Positions 23,492 through 36,767 of a DNA stretch of 64,000 nucleotides are shown in pieces (the first letter of the stretch is position 1; every line of letters begins with the position of its first letter). The position numbers and the translations under genes are program-made. The notes beneath the pieces are model-generated. The model searched no databases. It saw nothing but the letters and a program-made list of their open reading frames with translations, and had not been told where the DNA came from. This DNA is from Eledone cirrhosa (Eukaryota): the NCBI GenBank assembly GCA_964016885.1, contig OZ024740.1, positions 118,916,001 through 118,980,000 on the forward strand. The letters are read 5' to 3'.

Positions 23492-26148
23492 CATATATAC
23501 ATATATATATATATGTATACATATACATATATATATATATATATATAAATGTGTGTGTGTATGTATATATTTATATTCTTTGTTATTTTTATACTATTTT
23601 CTGGATTTGTCTTTGTTGTTTTTTCTTTAACAAATTTCTTTCAATTTGTTGATTTTGTGTTGCTATTTCTTTGTCTCAGTTTTTGTTATTTCTTCTTTTT
23701 TTTTTTTTTAAATATAAAATACAAATGATAATGTCTAAATTAGAATAAAAATATAAAATTTTAAATAATGATGTTTTTCTTTTTCTTAGCAATCAAAGTT
23801 GAATATGTCTATTGGAATGTGGAAGGATTATTTCTGGCTAGTGTGATGATAGAATTCTGGTTGTTATTAATTGCTGGTTCACATTCCAGTTCATTATACA
23901 AAATGTTTTGAAGCAACATATGCACACAATTGCACATAAACAACCTCTACATCTTTCTTTCTCTCTGACTTTCTCTTTCTCTTTTCACACCCTCACATAC
24001 TCTGATAAAAAGTTTAAAAGAAAAAGTAAATTTGACAGATTTTAATGTCTGTGTTTAGTGCTATTTTAAATTTTATCAAAACAAATTGTTATTAAATTCT
24101 TAGAATTGCCTAAATCTTGGAAATGTATTTATATGTGTGTTTGAAAAAATAGAGTGAATACAAGAAATAAGTATATATTAACAGTTTATAACTGTTTGTG
24201 TTCTTTCAATTGAATAATATTATTGAATTTGATTGGAAATGTCAATAATTTCTTGAGATGATGTTTGTGTAAAAGTTTGTGTACACATAGGCATGTATGC
24301 ATATCTGTGTATTTATTTCTTTAAGTAACTTTTCAAGAAAGTACTGCTTTTCTATCTGAACTATTACATTGCTTCAAAAAATACAAAAAGAAAAGGGGAA
24401 AAGTGCAATACGTGTTTTGATAATATCGGCACTAACATAATAAAATTAATTAAAATTACATTCAAAATAATGAGAACTAATCATTATCTTCATGACTAAT
24501 TCAAGTCAAGAGAGAAAGTAGAGACAGCTCTCTGAATTAAAATTGATCAGAAATAAACCCACCATTGGACGAAGACCATCATTTAGTTTTAGTAGTTGAT
24601 GTTGTTTCAATGCAGTCCTTATTCATTAAACTTATGTCCAAATGTGTTCAGGCACAAATATTCTGGATTCCTTTTAAGATATAGTGTGTCCAAGACTACT
24701 TTATGTAATGAGTTCTTTTTTCTTTATGACAGTAAGATCGAATCTGACAGTGATTTGGTTGCTATTTTACTGGTCGAACGACCATATAGATACCCTCACA
24801 AAGGCTAATTTAAAATATTGTTGTTTAGCCCCAGGTCAGCCAGGATACTAATTAAAGTTATCATTGACCAGATGTTATTTGAGATACACATTGACTAAAG
24901 AAAGACTAAAAAATACATCTGGTCAATTTGCATACAATATATTAAGGATATCCACTTAAAACCAAAACCTAAGCCTATCAGAAATGCACAACCACATTTT
25001 AATTGACCAAATAGGATGCCTTATTGTATTTTTTCTGGCTCTTTGCATCCCAAGTTCAAATCCCCTTTTTTCCCATTTCCCAGTTTAATACCATCACTTG
25101 GCTGTTTGATGCCTTTAGCAGAGTTCACTTTATAGCAAGCATTTGGTCTAAGAACCTGGTTTGAGAATATCATCTTAATTTCTTCATCCTACCAATCCCA
25201 GTGGCCATGTTATGGGTATTATCCTTCTTCCTGACTACGAAATAAGAGTAGTGATTTTTATATAGACAAAATGTCATAGATTTGGCTGGAGAGGAAAGGG
25301 GATTAAATTGATACTCTTATTTGATTATTATTTGAAAGAATAAACATCTAGGTGTGACTAAAACTTCCCATGTCAAGATATCTTATAGATTAGATGGTTA
25401 GTTTGTGCATAAAAAGAAGAATGGTTTAATATCCTGTATACCATAATATGTTATACCCAACAAGGTAGTGAATTGCTAGAATGTCAAAGAGAATAATTTG
25501 TAGCTCTTGTTTCAGTTCACTGTACTTTAAGTGCAAATCCCACCTCTCAAGATCGACAAATAAAGTGCCAGTCCAGTACTAGGTTATGGTGGTGGTTTTT
25601 CCTCTATACCTATTTCTTACTTTCACTTTCTCACATTCTCTCGCTCACTTTCTCTTTCTTACTTTATACAAAACTAAATTTGTTCAGATCTTGAAAAGTA
25701 TGTGCTCCACCAAATTCAAATGTCCATGTGTGTCTTGACAGGGTCCCAATAACTCATTAGGAGTTAAGTGCCCATGGATGGATCTTTCAAAGACCTGTTA
25801 GCTTACCATCTCATTTGAGAGAATAAAGTAAAAAAAAGCTAATGAACTAACTAAATTCTATAAAATAAAAAAAAAAGAAATAGAGGCGCATGTGGTCAGC
25901 AGTCACTAGAGGTTTGAACCAATAAAATGTTGAGGAACAGATAAATGGCTTTCTGAACATAAAAACAAAACAAAAACACAAATCCTGTCAGTAAATAAAG
26001 ATTTATAAGTTGTCATTGACACCAATAAACATCTCACACACATGTACACATTTACACTCACATATGAAGAAGGATAGAAATGAGTGACATATATAGAAAG
26101 ATTTATAAATATGTATGTAGAAGAATGTGTATGTGTGTATACATTTAT

Positions 26149-26180
<32 letters not shown>

Positions 26181-26374
26181 TATATATATATATATATAGA
26201 TATAGATATAGATAGGTAAATATACACGGGTGTGTATGATTGTGTATAGAAGATTATATTAATAAGAGGAATTCCAACTTTGTCTGATTTACTCGTTTTA
26301 TTTACAATCCTTTAAAATATATAATGGTATTATAATGAAATAGTATGATAGAATATTAAATTCTACGTGTTAAT

Positions 26375-26413
26375 TGAACAAGTACTTTCATGCTTTCGCA
26401 ATCTTCAGGTTCA
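26375..26413 (-). ncRNA. Minimal type I hammerhead ribozyme
   Basis: Minus strand TGAAC-CTGAAGA-TTGCGAAAGCAT-GAAA-GTAC-TT-GTTCA: 5-bp stem I, intact core, GAAA-capped stem II, palindromic GTAC stem III. Confidence 0.8.
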
Positions 26414-26453
26414 TAATATGTGGTGACAGTCGAATTTGCAATTTTCAACTGTC

Positions 26454-26547
<94 letters not shown>

Positions 26548-26619
26548 ATGGTAGCTAAAATGTTTCCATAGATGGTATGCCGGTTGAGTACTCTATGCTC
26601 TTACAGAGCAGAGTATGAT

Positions 26620-27180
<561 letters not shown>

Positions 27181-27344
27181 AATAATATTGCCAGAATTAA
27201 TAACACTCACTGTTTGGTTGGTTTTTGCTTCTGTGTCTTTTATATCGGTTAATTTAATTTATTCGGTCCTCAATGTTACCATTGACTTACCAACGGTCAA
27301 AAATACAGATACAATATAGACACAAACACATATATATATAGTCT

Positions 27345-27386
27345 AACAAAGTTCTTTCTTTGCACATCTGCAACATCGTCAGTGGT
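27345..27386 (-). ncRNA. Decayed minimal hammerhead motif
   Basis: Minus strand ACCA-CTGACGA-TG-TTGCA-gatg-TGCAA-A-GAAA-GAAC-TT-TGTT: core intact, stems I and III imperfect. Confidence 0.5.
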
Positions 27387-27529
27387 GCTATTATGTTTCT
27401 TCCCATTGTATTGTATGCCTACGCCATCTTTATTTAGTCGGTTTATTTATTTATTTATGTTTCGATACACGATTTCATATCAAAAACCTCGCAAAACTAT
27501 ATATATATATATATATATATATACTTGCA

Positions 27530-28040
27530 CCTGTCTAAGACAATGTCACTGGATCGAGATCTTTGGCGCTACGCAGTAATACAGAAGAGCCGCTTTGCCT
27601 ATGTACAAAGCGAAACCTACAGTCAGTAGATATCTCTTAACCAAATATACACCCCCATTCCACTACCCCTACCCTATCCTCCCACTCACACCAACACCAC
27701 CCTCTCTCTGTAACGTTGGTACCACAACATCCAGTCCAAATAAATGAGATAATGAGATTGAGATCGAGATCGTGTAGGTGTCCCGCAAAAAAAAACCAAA
27801 AAATAAAAAACACTCCATGCTGGAATGTGGCCATGTAGGTAACACGGTAAAAAGTTCCCAGTTCCACATTGTAAATGTGGTTGGTGTTAGGAAGGGCATC
27901 CAGACGTGGAAAACCTGCCAGATAGTCCTATATGAGCGAGACACGGTCACCCGACCTACCTTGCCTCTAGTGGGACAACTCCCGTCTAACCCATGCTAGT
28001 GTGGAAGATGGACGTTAAACGAAGATGATGATGATGATGG
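27530..28040 (+). mobile_element. RTE LINE 3' end with long 3' UTR and (GAT)n tail
   Basis: Matches the reverse complement of 58760-59220. Confidence 0.85.
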
Positions 28041-28178
28041 TGATATATATATATACATATATACATTTGCTCTACAGTTTTCATATATATTTATTTATAT
28101 ATATATTATGATTATCGAGCCCTCTTCGGATTTTAGTCTCCACATTTATTATTGTTACTATATATAAATATATATATG

Positions 28179-28333
<155 letters not shown>

Positions 28334-28337
28334 TAAA

Positions 28338-28880
28338 TCATCATCATCATCATCGATTAAAGTTTATCTTCCACGCTAGCATGGGTTTAAACGGGAATTG
28401 TCCCACTTGAGGCAAGATTGGTTGGGGTGACCGTGCCTTGATCATATAGGACTGTCTGGCAGGTTTTCTACGGCTGGGTGCCCTTCCTAACACCAATCTC
28501 ATTTACAGTGTGGACTGGGAGGTTTTTACCATGTTACCTAGATGGCTACATTACAACGTGGACTGTGCGTTTTTTTGTCGTGATACCTACACGACCTCAT
28601 CTATTTTGAACTGGATGTTGTTTTACCAACATAACTTTACAGAGAAAGGGTGGTGTTGGTGGGAGTGGGAGGGTGGAATAGGGGTAGTGGGATGAGGTGT
28701 ATATTTAGTTAAGAGGTGCCTACTGACTGTAGGTTTCGCTTTGTACATAGGCAAGGCGGGTCTTCTGTATTACTGTGTGGTGCCAAAGATCTTGGTCCAG
28801 TGACATTTTCTTAGAGAGGAGTAATTGTGTAAGGTCGGAATTTATCAAATTATCCCAGGTTTTTCTGAGTCTACCTACTC
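28338..28880 (-). mobile_element. RTE LINE 3' end with long 3' UTR and (GAT)n tail
   Basis: GVGRLRKTWDNLINSDLTQL.LSK.MSLDQDLW..TVIQKTRL; inverted relative to 27530-28040. Confidence 0.85.
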
Positions 28881-29546
28881 CGTATATATATATATACATA
28901 CGTATGAAGAAAGTACTCAAGTGCAGAAATGTTATAAAGATCTATTATAAAATAGAGTGAAGACCGTTAAAAGACAGAAAAATGGAGTTGCCATTGGCTG
29001 CTATGAGGAATTGAACCCCATTTCTTCCAGATACTGGCTAGATGCTTTAACCTTTAAGTAATCTTGGTGTGGTTGCCAGTTAAGTCGCTGATGATCTGAC
29101 CATGCACAGGTTGTGCTGGGTTACATGTTACCAATAGCGCCGAAAAGTAAGCTAACATGATATGATGGCTGCTCCCTCGTTATCGAGTATCGCCATTGCA
29201 CGAGGAGAAAAACAAATATTAATAAATAAAGAAAAAAATAAAAGAAAAAAAATAAAAGAAATATATATATATATACACACATGCATATACATATATACAC
29301 ACATATATATATATATACATACACACATATACATTAATAACAATAATAATAATAATAATAACAACAATAATAATAACGACAACAACAACAATAATAATAT
29401 ATATATACATATATATATACACACACACACATAAACATATCTATACACACACACACGATAGCAACTAACAGCGCTGCGATCGAATGTGGCTTTTTATCCC
29501 AGCCAATGATCTAAAATGTCTTGCACAGAGTCAGCAACTAAAACAC

Positions 29547-30272
29547 TCACTGGGGATAGCCGGCATGTCGCTTGAGCCCTCCTGATGATTTACATTCTCT
29601 ACCACATGTTTGGCAAGCATGATGAGTAGCATCTCCAACAGCAGCCTGGTAGTCAACCACTGGTCTTACTTTATGACTGCGAAGATGACTTTCAAGTCCA
29701 GCTTTGCTTAGGCAGAGTCTCGCACAGACGCTGCATGTCAGCACCATAGGAGGACCCTTGCCGTCTGGAAGTGCAACAGCAATGTCCTTCATCACATCCC
29801 GCTTTACTTTCTCGTATGCGATTCGAGATGCCTCAAAGGCAACTTTTCTCTCATATACAGTCTTTCTCCATTTATTACGATCAGCAGCAATATTTTCCCA
29901 TGTATCAGCAGAGATGTTAGCGTCTTTCAAAGAGGCTTTCAATGAATCCTTATACCTCTTTTTTGGTTTATGTGGCGGTCGTTTTCCTTTAACCAACTCT
30001 TCATAAAAGAGTTGTTTTGGTATTCTAGAATCCTTCATCCTGGCAAGGTGACCACTCCAACGGAGTCGTTGCTTCAGCACAAGAGCTTCTATACTGTCAC
30101 ACATAGAGCTTTCCAAAATCTCGACATCACTGATGTGGTCCCTCCAGTGAATGCTATCGATCCGTCTGAGACACATCTGATGGAAACGCTCCAATTGCTT
30201 AAGGTGGTGTCGATATGTGACCCAGGTCTCGCAGGCATAAAGAAGACAAGAGAGCACACATGCCTTGTACAC
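29547..30272 (-). pseudogene. RTE ORF C-terminal segment with two C2H2-type zinc fingers
   Basis: LLYACETW..YR.H...LERFH..CLRRI, RLRWSGHLARM.D.R.PKQL, CSVCARLCLSKAGLESHLRSH, CQTCGRECKSSGGLKRH. Confidence 0.85.
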
Positions 30273-30370
30273 ATTTACCTTTGTCCTCCTGCATATGTCT
30301 CGCCGACCCCCAGAGTCGCTTTTCTAGCTTTCCGAAAACATCACTTGTTTTACTAATCCTAAGTGAGATT

Positions 30371-32840
30371 TCACTTCTCAAGGTTGCTGTATCGATTGAC
30401 AGTGCTTCCCAGGTAGACAAACTGATCAACCACTCCAAGTCGTTTACCATACACATAGATATTTAGTTCAGTGTACTGCTTACCAGGGGCAGGTTGGTAC
30501 ATGACGACGGTTTTCTTGAGACTGACAGTCAATCCTAGGGCAGTGCAAGCGTCAGAAAATGCATTCAAAATGTGCTGCATATCACTCTCTGTGTGCGCTA
30601 CAAGGTCGCAATCATCTGCATACAAGAGGTCTCTTATGATTGATGTAAATACTTTTGTCTTTGCAGCAAAGCGCCTGATGTTAAATATGCTGCCTGAGGT
30701 TCGATATCGGGTGTAAACACCATGCTCGCATTTCCTGAGTGCAATACAGAAAACCATTGCAAAGTATGTGGCAAACAGGGTCGGTGCTGGAATATCCCCC
30801 TGTTTCACTCCATTTTTTACTGAGATAGGCTCCGACATGTTACCTCCGACATTAACCCAAGCCTTCATGTCGTCATGGAAAGACCTAACTAAAGCAAGGA
30901 ACTTATCAGGGCAACCAAGTTTCTGGAGAACCTTCCATAATGCATCTCTGTTAACAGTATCGAAAGCTTTTGTCAGATCGACAAAAACCTGATACAAATC
31001 CAAACCTTGTTCCATGCACTTCTCCTGGAGCTGTCTAGCTGAGAAGATCATATCAGTAGTGCCGCGTCCAGAACGAAAGCCAGATTGACTTTCTGGAAGA
31101 ACACAATTTGCAATGTGTGTCAGCAGACGGTCCAGAAGCACCCTACATAAAACTTTCCCTACGACAGAAAGCAATGGTATACCTCTGTAGTTCCCACAAT
31201 CATTCCTGTTACCCTTTCCCTTGTACAAGACCACTAATACTGCATCTCTCCAGTCCCCAGGTACGGATTCATTAGCCCATATCCTGCCAAACAAAGAGTG
31301 AAGATGTTGCCGGAGTCTCTCACCACCATATTGTAGGAGCTCAGCATGTATGCCATCCATATCTGGAGACCTTCCACTGTTCAGCTTCGAGATAGCCACT
31401 GCAACCTCCACAACCGTCGGAGGTCCTGCGAGAGCTACTTTCACAGGACTTTCTGGAATGAGACTGAGGAAATCTTCACTGACGACAGACGGCTGATTCA
31501 AAAGATCACCAAAGAGCTCTCGCCACCTTCGTAGAATTCCTTGTGAGTCATGAAGAAGTTCCCTGCCATCCTTGCTGCGAAGCGGTGTCACCAGAGAAGA
31601 AGACGGTCCATAAACCTCACGCAAGAGACTGTACAACAGCTTTGTGTTATTGGTATCTGACGAAGTTTGTATCTCACCAGCCTTCTCACTCCACCACTGT
31701 TGCTTCATCTGAGAAAGACTCTGCCTAACACGTGATTTTACATACTTGAGTTCCTCATGCAACGTATTCGTCTCCTGTGGTTTTGCCGTCAAGTAGCGTG
31801 ACAGAACACGCCTCTTATCAGCCAACAAGTCTTCTATATGTACATCATTCTTATTAAACCAGTCCTGATGTTTTCTCTGCACCAATCCCAGAACACGCCT
31901 GCCTACATGATAAACCGACTTTTTAAGGGTCGGCCAATCCTCACCTAGATCTGCAGCCTGCATCTCTTCTTCCAATGTCCTCTTCACATTTTTATCCTTA
32001 AGACGAGCAGCATTCAATCTTTTAGGCAGCGCAACACCAGGAGCCCGGATTTTACGTTTAGTGATTAGTTTCACTTTTGCGAGTACCAGGCGGCGGTCCG
32101 TCCAGCACTCAGCTCCACGAAGAGCACGAACACACTGCACATCCTGTCTGTCACGCATCCTGACTAGGACGTAGTCCAAAAGATGCCATTCCTTAGACGC
32201 AGGATGCCTCCATGTTGTATTGAATTTGTTCTTTTGTTGGAACATGGTGTTGGTAACACACAGATCCAGCTCCTCACACATCTGCAGCAGGAGCATACCA
32301 TTGTTGTTACACTTTCCCACCCCATGCCTTCCGATTACATTACATGTGTTAAAATCCCTACCCACTCTAGCATTAAAGTCACCAAGCACGATGACTTTGT
32401 CTGCCTGAGGAATATTTCTTAAAACACCTTTCAAGGCATAGTAAAAGGACACTTTTTCTTCATCGACAGAATTCATAGTTGGAGCATTCACACTCACCAG
32501 GGTCGCATATCTTCCTTTGTCCAGCGGAATTCTCATGGATATAAGACGCTCACTAATCCCTACTGGGAATTCTTCTAATTTATTCACAAGAACAGTCTTA
32601 ACAGCAAATCCTACCCCAGACTCTCTTCTGTTTCCTTCATCTCTTCCTTTCCAGAAGAATGTATATTCTCCACAAAATTCTGTAAGATGACCATCTCCAG
32701 CTAACCTCGTCTGAGATAACGCCACGATGTCAAGATCGTAACGTCGAAGCTCATTTGCAACAAGAGCGGTCCTTCGTTCAGGACGCTCCAAGGAATCCCT
32801 GTCAAGCAGCGTCCGTACGTTCCAGCAGCCAAGACTTGTT
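30371..32840 (-). pseudogene. RTE APE-RT segment (806 aa ORF plus in-frame upstream SLGCWNVRTLL)
   Basis: Motifs as above; conserved SETR is SQTR, TDH is TDR; frameshift near 30371. Confidence 0.88.
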
Positions 32841-32975
32841 TGGCTCTATTACAATGGCTGTGATAACCTGGGTCCCCATCCCTTATTGCCAATTATCTTT
32901 TTTGTTCCAGAACCTAAATTACCAATTATCTATTTTATATTGTTATGGAACATCATTGAATTTGAAAAAAAAAGT

Positions 32976-32996
32976 AACAATAATAGTAACAATAAC

Positions 32997-33050
<54 letters not shown>
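32976..33050. repeat. (AAT)n microsatellite at the 3' end of the Tx1 array
   Basis: Directly visible. Confidence 0.95.
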
Positions 33051-33052
<2 letters not shown>

Positions 33053-33313
33053 TTTCTTTATTAACCACAAGGGTTTACATAAAGTAGACATTAAGGACAG
33101 TGCAGGACAATGCAGGACGGTACAAATGGGCATTTCTGCGTGTAAAAAAAACAAAAATAGAGGATGTAACAAAAATAACAATGAAAATAACAATGAAAAA
33201 TTCCCCAATAGGGGGGAGACTTCGGAGGGACATTTGTGGAGAAAGCCCAGTAAAAAGCCACAATGACCCTGACCACCAAGGCAAGTGCCCTCTCCCAGTT
33301 TTCCACCTTTAGT

Positions 33314-36300
33314 TTACAGATATATACTCAGAGTCGGCCCATTCACTCGGGCCATTCTTGCTTCTCTCACCCATCTTTCAACAAAATGCTGGGAAGAGAG
33401 CACTTCCTTCTCTACTCTGATTTTCCTTTTCAAATGAAATTTGAAAAAGTCAATCAGAGCATCACCGAAGAGGTAAGTGCTCGTCTTCAGCCCTTTCAAA
33501 CGTGTCCACCATACTATCTCTTTCGCCATGGCCACCAGACAGATAAAAACTGCCTGCCCTTCCCGGCTAAAGGAGGAGGGCGGGGCAATCCTCACGATAG
33601 ACTCAGATGATAGCTGGATCCGTCCTAAACGCGACAGCAGGTGTTCGACATAAACCCACAAGTCAGCAATTTTCGGACACTGGACGAGTGCGTGCAGGAC
33701 GGTTTCGTCGCCCTGCGCGCATCTCGGACATGCCCGGCTGACGGCACCTCCATGCCTGTAGAGTTTATCCCGAACTGGCAAGGCTCCTCGGTAGCACTGC
33801 CAGGCCAGAGATTTCTGGAAGTTGTCCATAGGCCCTGGCCCGAAAGTTCTTCCGAAGAGATTGGCTAGTTGACTTTCGTCGACGCCTAGAGTTTCCCCAA
33901 GTACGTCGTCGCTCTTCCCCTCCACTAATCCTCTATAGAACGCCGAGGTGGAGTTTCCACCGATCACATTGCCCGATTGGTCGAGGGCTGTGAGCGCCTG
34001 AAGACATTCCAGTCTCCAGGCGCTCCCTCTCGGTCTTCGCTTGACCCAGGACTGCAGCTCCGTCAAGGAAACGAGCTGGGGAAAAACGCGTCTAGCAAAC
34101 GGCGACCACACCTGATCACCGTCGAGGAAGAGGTGGAGATGTCGTAGCCTGAGCGCGTGCCTGCGCATCATCAGCCACGGCATGCCCAGCCCTCCACGTA
34201 GCGGGTGTTGACAACAGATGGACCGCCTGACCATCGGAGCACGTCCCTTCCACAAAAGGCGAAAGAGCAAACGCTCCAGCGCAGTCAGGCGAGGCTTAGG
34301 ACAAGGTACGACGGTTAGGCGGTAGCAGATGACAGACGCGATGTACGCGTTAGCCACCTCCGCTCGACCTTTCAGGGATAGCTTCCTCTCCGCCCATTTC
34401 TGGGTGAGAGAAGCCACCCTGCTCGTCACCTCGTCCCAGTTTTTGTCCGTCTGGAGGTCCGGACCGAACCAGACCCCTAGCAATTTAACCGGTCCGTCCG
34501 TCCAGCGCCCGACGACGCTGTTGGACGGCATGGACCTGCCTCTCCAGGTGCCGAGCTGCAGGCCCACTGACTTTTCCTGGTTGATCATTGCTCCTGTCAC
34601 CGCTTCGTATTCTCTTAGTGTAGTGCCGATCGCCTCGATGTGTTTGGCGTTCGACACCACTACGGTGACATCGTCCGCATATGCTGACACGGATCTTCCG
34701 CATCCTAGTTCGCGCGGGACTCCCCTCAACGTCTCCAGTTTGTGCAGTAATGGCTCGAGAGTCAATACGTACAAGAGGGACGAGAGGGGACATCCTTGGC
34801 GGACCGAGCGCATGATGTTGAACGGTTCCGACAGGTTACCGTTCACTCTCACCACAGAGCAGATGTCGCTGTGCATGGCAGCGATCCAGCCTCTGAAGAC
34901 GGGCCCAAAGCCAGCCGCCCTCAGGACTGCCGCTAGGTAACGATGGTCGACCCTATCGAAAGCTTTCGACTGATCTAAATTGATCAAGGACCCACCCGTG
35001 CCAGGTTCCCTAGCTACCCTCTCTACGATGTATCGCATGAGGTGGAGGTTGTCGTGGATGGATCTGTCGGGAATGGCGCATGTCTGCGCCTCTCCCACCA
35101 GACCACCAACGACAAGCGCCAACCTCTTTGCTAGCACCTTGGCCAAAATCTTAAACTCTGTGTTTAGCAGAGTTATGGGCCGGAAATTGTCTATGTTATC
35201 CCCCTTGTTCGGATCCTTTCTCAGCAGTGCCACCGCTCCTCGGCTCACAGAAATGGGAATTCTCCCGTTCTGTTGCCAGTTGCAGTAGACGTCCGCCAAG
35301 AGGCCTCCGAACAAGTCTGGCATCTGTACGTAAAGTTCATAGGGCAGACCATCCAAACCAGGCGATTTACCCCTTGTGCAGCCAGTCATTGCCTCCCTTA
35401 CTTCAGCGGCTGTTATCGGCTTTTCGCAACACTTCGCCTCAGTGGCCGAGAGCCGCGGCAGTCCGTCGAGGTAGACACTAAAGTCCATCCCTCTACCCGG
35501 CCCCCCGCTGCCCCCGAACAGCTGAGCGAAGTGTCGCTGAAAAGCTTCACACATTTGCCCGGGATCGAGTAGCATGCGCCCGTCGTGGTCCACCAAAGAC
35601 CGGATCGTGGCTTTGTTGCCACGACGCGCCTCCGCCACTCGGGCCCATTGAACGGCTTTCGTCCCCTCGTGTCTGAGAGCACGCACCCTAGCTCTGACAA
35701 CGCAGCCTTCGTGCTTTGCATTGAAGAATTGGTCAAGGGCCAATTTCGCCGCAAGCACGTCGGTCGCAATGCCTTTGCTAAGCGCCTCGTCTAATTTTCT
35801 AACTAGTTCTCCCTCTGCTCTATTTTTCTCTATTGCTAAAGCCTTACTAAACCTAATCGATTCTATTCTAATCGCTCTTTTCAGAGCAAACCACCACTTG
35901 TTGTTGACGATGGCCCCCGTCAACGCCCGCTTAACTAGTTCGCTAATCCGGTCTCTGTAGGCCTTGCGCGCTGGTAAGGACGCGTTTAGCTTCCAGTAGC
36001 CGGGTCCTCGTCTATGAAGCCTATCTAAGTCAAGCACACAGATCACGAATTTGTGGTCCGTGTAGCTGACTATCTTGAATTGTGGACAGCCTATGCTAGA
36101 CCTATCTATTTCCCTACAAAATACTCTATCTAGATATGATCTGGATGACCCTATGCGGTTTGTCCAAGTCCACATTGGCACATTCGGGAAATCCAATCGG
36201 TACCTGTCAGACAGTTCAAAACGCCTGAGCAGGTTGGTGAGGCTCTTGCACCCTCCACCCCTATCCGCTAATCCCACACAGTCCCAGCGTGCATCTAAGA

Positions 36301-36733
36301 TCCCGTTCCAGTCGCCCACTAACACTGAAGAGCGGGACGTTCCAAGAAAGGTCTCCAGACGCCGGAAGAAATCAGGCCGCCCTGCTCCTGTCGGGGCATA
36401 GACGGCCACTAGCCTGAAAGCTTGCCCGTCTCCGCTGGTCACGTCCAGCACCACCAGCTTACCCTCTGGGTCCAGGAAGATGGCCCGTATGGCGAGATCC
36501 AAACCTCTCCGAAAAAGCACAGCAACTCCTCCACCGGATCCAGGACGGCTGGGAGATGCGTACACATCGTAGCCGCCGAAGATCGGTGCGAAGGCCCGTG
36601 CTTCGGAGATTCTGGTCTCGCTGATGGCCACTACATCTATGTTTAGTGACCTGAGGTCGTTGAGCAGGTGACCCTGCTTCCATGACGACCCCAAGCCACG
36701 CGCATTTATGCTGCCTATTCTGAGTGAGGTCAT
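33314..36733 (-). CDS. ORF2: APE endonuclease + reverse transcriptase + CCHC zinc finger (1139 aa)
   Basis: SINARGL, ISETR, VYAP, GDWN, YLDR, TDH; KSPGLDGLP, FRPITLLN, LDQSKAFDRVDH, VRQGCPLS, YADD; CPRC-x8-H-x4-C. Confidence 0.96.
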   Translation of the reverse strand: MTSLRIGSINARGLGSSWKQGHLLNDLRSLNIDVVAISETRISEARAFAPIFGGYDVYASPSRPGSGGGVAVLFRRGLDLAIRAIFLDPEGKLVVLDVTSGDGQAFRLVAVYAPTGAGRPDFFRRLETFLGTSRSSVLVGDWNGILDARWDCVGLADRGGGCKSLTNLLRRFELSDRYRLDFPNVPMWTWTNRIGSSRSYLDRVFCREIDRSSIGCPQFKIVSYTDHKFVICVLDLDRLHRRGPGYWKLNASLPARKAYRDRISELVKRALTGAIVNNKWWFALKRAIRIESIRFSKALAIEKNRAEGELVRKLDEALSKGIATDVLAAKLALDQFFNAKHEGCVVRARVRALRHEGTKAVQWARVAEARRGNKATIRSLVDHDGRMLLDPGQMCEAFQRHFAQLFGGSGGPGRGMDFSVYLDGLPRLSATEAKCCEKPITAAEVREAMTGCTRGKSPGLDGLPYELYVQMPDLFGGLLADVYCNWQQNGRIPISVSRGAVALLRKDPNKGDNIDNFRPITLLNTEFKILAKVLAKRLALVVGGLVGEAQTCAIPDRSIHDNLHLMRYIVERVAREPGTGGSLINLDQSKAFDRVDHRYLAAVLRAAGFGPVFRGWIAAMHSDICSVVRVNGNLSEPFNIMRSVRQGCPLSSLLYVLTLEPLLHKLETLRGVPRELGCGRSVSAYADDVTVVVSNAKHIEAIGTTLREYEAVTGAMINQEKSVGLQLGTWRGRSMPSNSVVGRWTDGPVKLLGVWFGPDLQTDKNWDEVTSRVASLTQKWAERKLSLKGRAEVANAYIASVICYRLTVVPCPKPRLTALERLLFRLLWKGRAPMVRRSICCQHPLRGGLGMPWLMMRRHALRLRHLHLFLDGDQVWSPFARRVFPQLVSLTELQSWVKRRPRGSAWRLECLQALTALDQSGNVIGGNSTSAFYRGLVEGKSDDVLGETLGVDESQLANLFGRTFGPGPMDNFQKSLAWQCYRGALPVRDKLYRHGGAVSRACPRCAQGDETVLHALVQCPKIADLWVYVEHLLSRLGRIQLSSESIVRIAPPSSFSREGQAVFICLVAMAKEIVWWTRLKGLKTSTYLFGDALIDFFKFHLKRKIRVEKEVLSSQHFVERWVREARMARVNGPTLSIYL

Positions 36734-36767
36734 GTTTAAATAGAGTGGAAAAGATGGGAAAAACCAC

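Larger units (their letters stand above)
29158..32880 (-). mobile_element. Near full-length RTE (BovB-like) LINE, frameshifted
   Basis: APE (GCWNVRTL, LGDFNARVG, LLDYVLV), RT (NYRGIPLLS, FVDLTKAFDTV, GVKQG, LLYADD), C-terminal domain and C2H2 fingers; probable 3' tail ...GGGAGCAGCCATCATATCAT at 29158-29205, separated from the ORF by a microsatellite. Confidence 0.9.

Noticed and set aside
19400-26000. Possible host exons in the unique AT-rich stretch
   Set aside because: Short ORFs show no recognisable domains or coding bias; small exons cannot be excluded without transcript data.
28995-29060. tRNA-like sequence on the minus strand (GGTTCAATTCC B-box)
   Set aside because: No convincing cloverleaf; more likely a decayed SINE head.
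32886-33312. Poly-N, poly-I and poly-L ORFs across the element ends
   Set aside because: Readings of the (AAT)n microsatellite.
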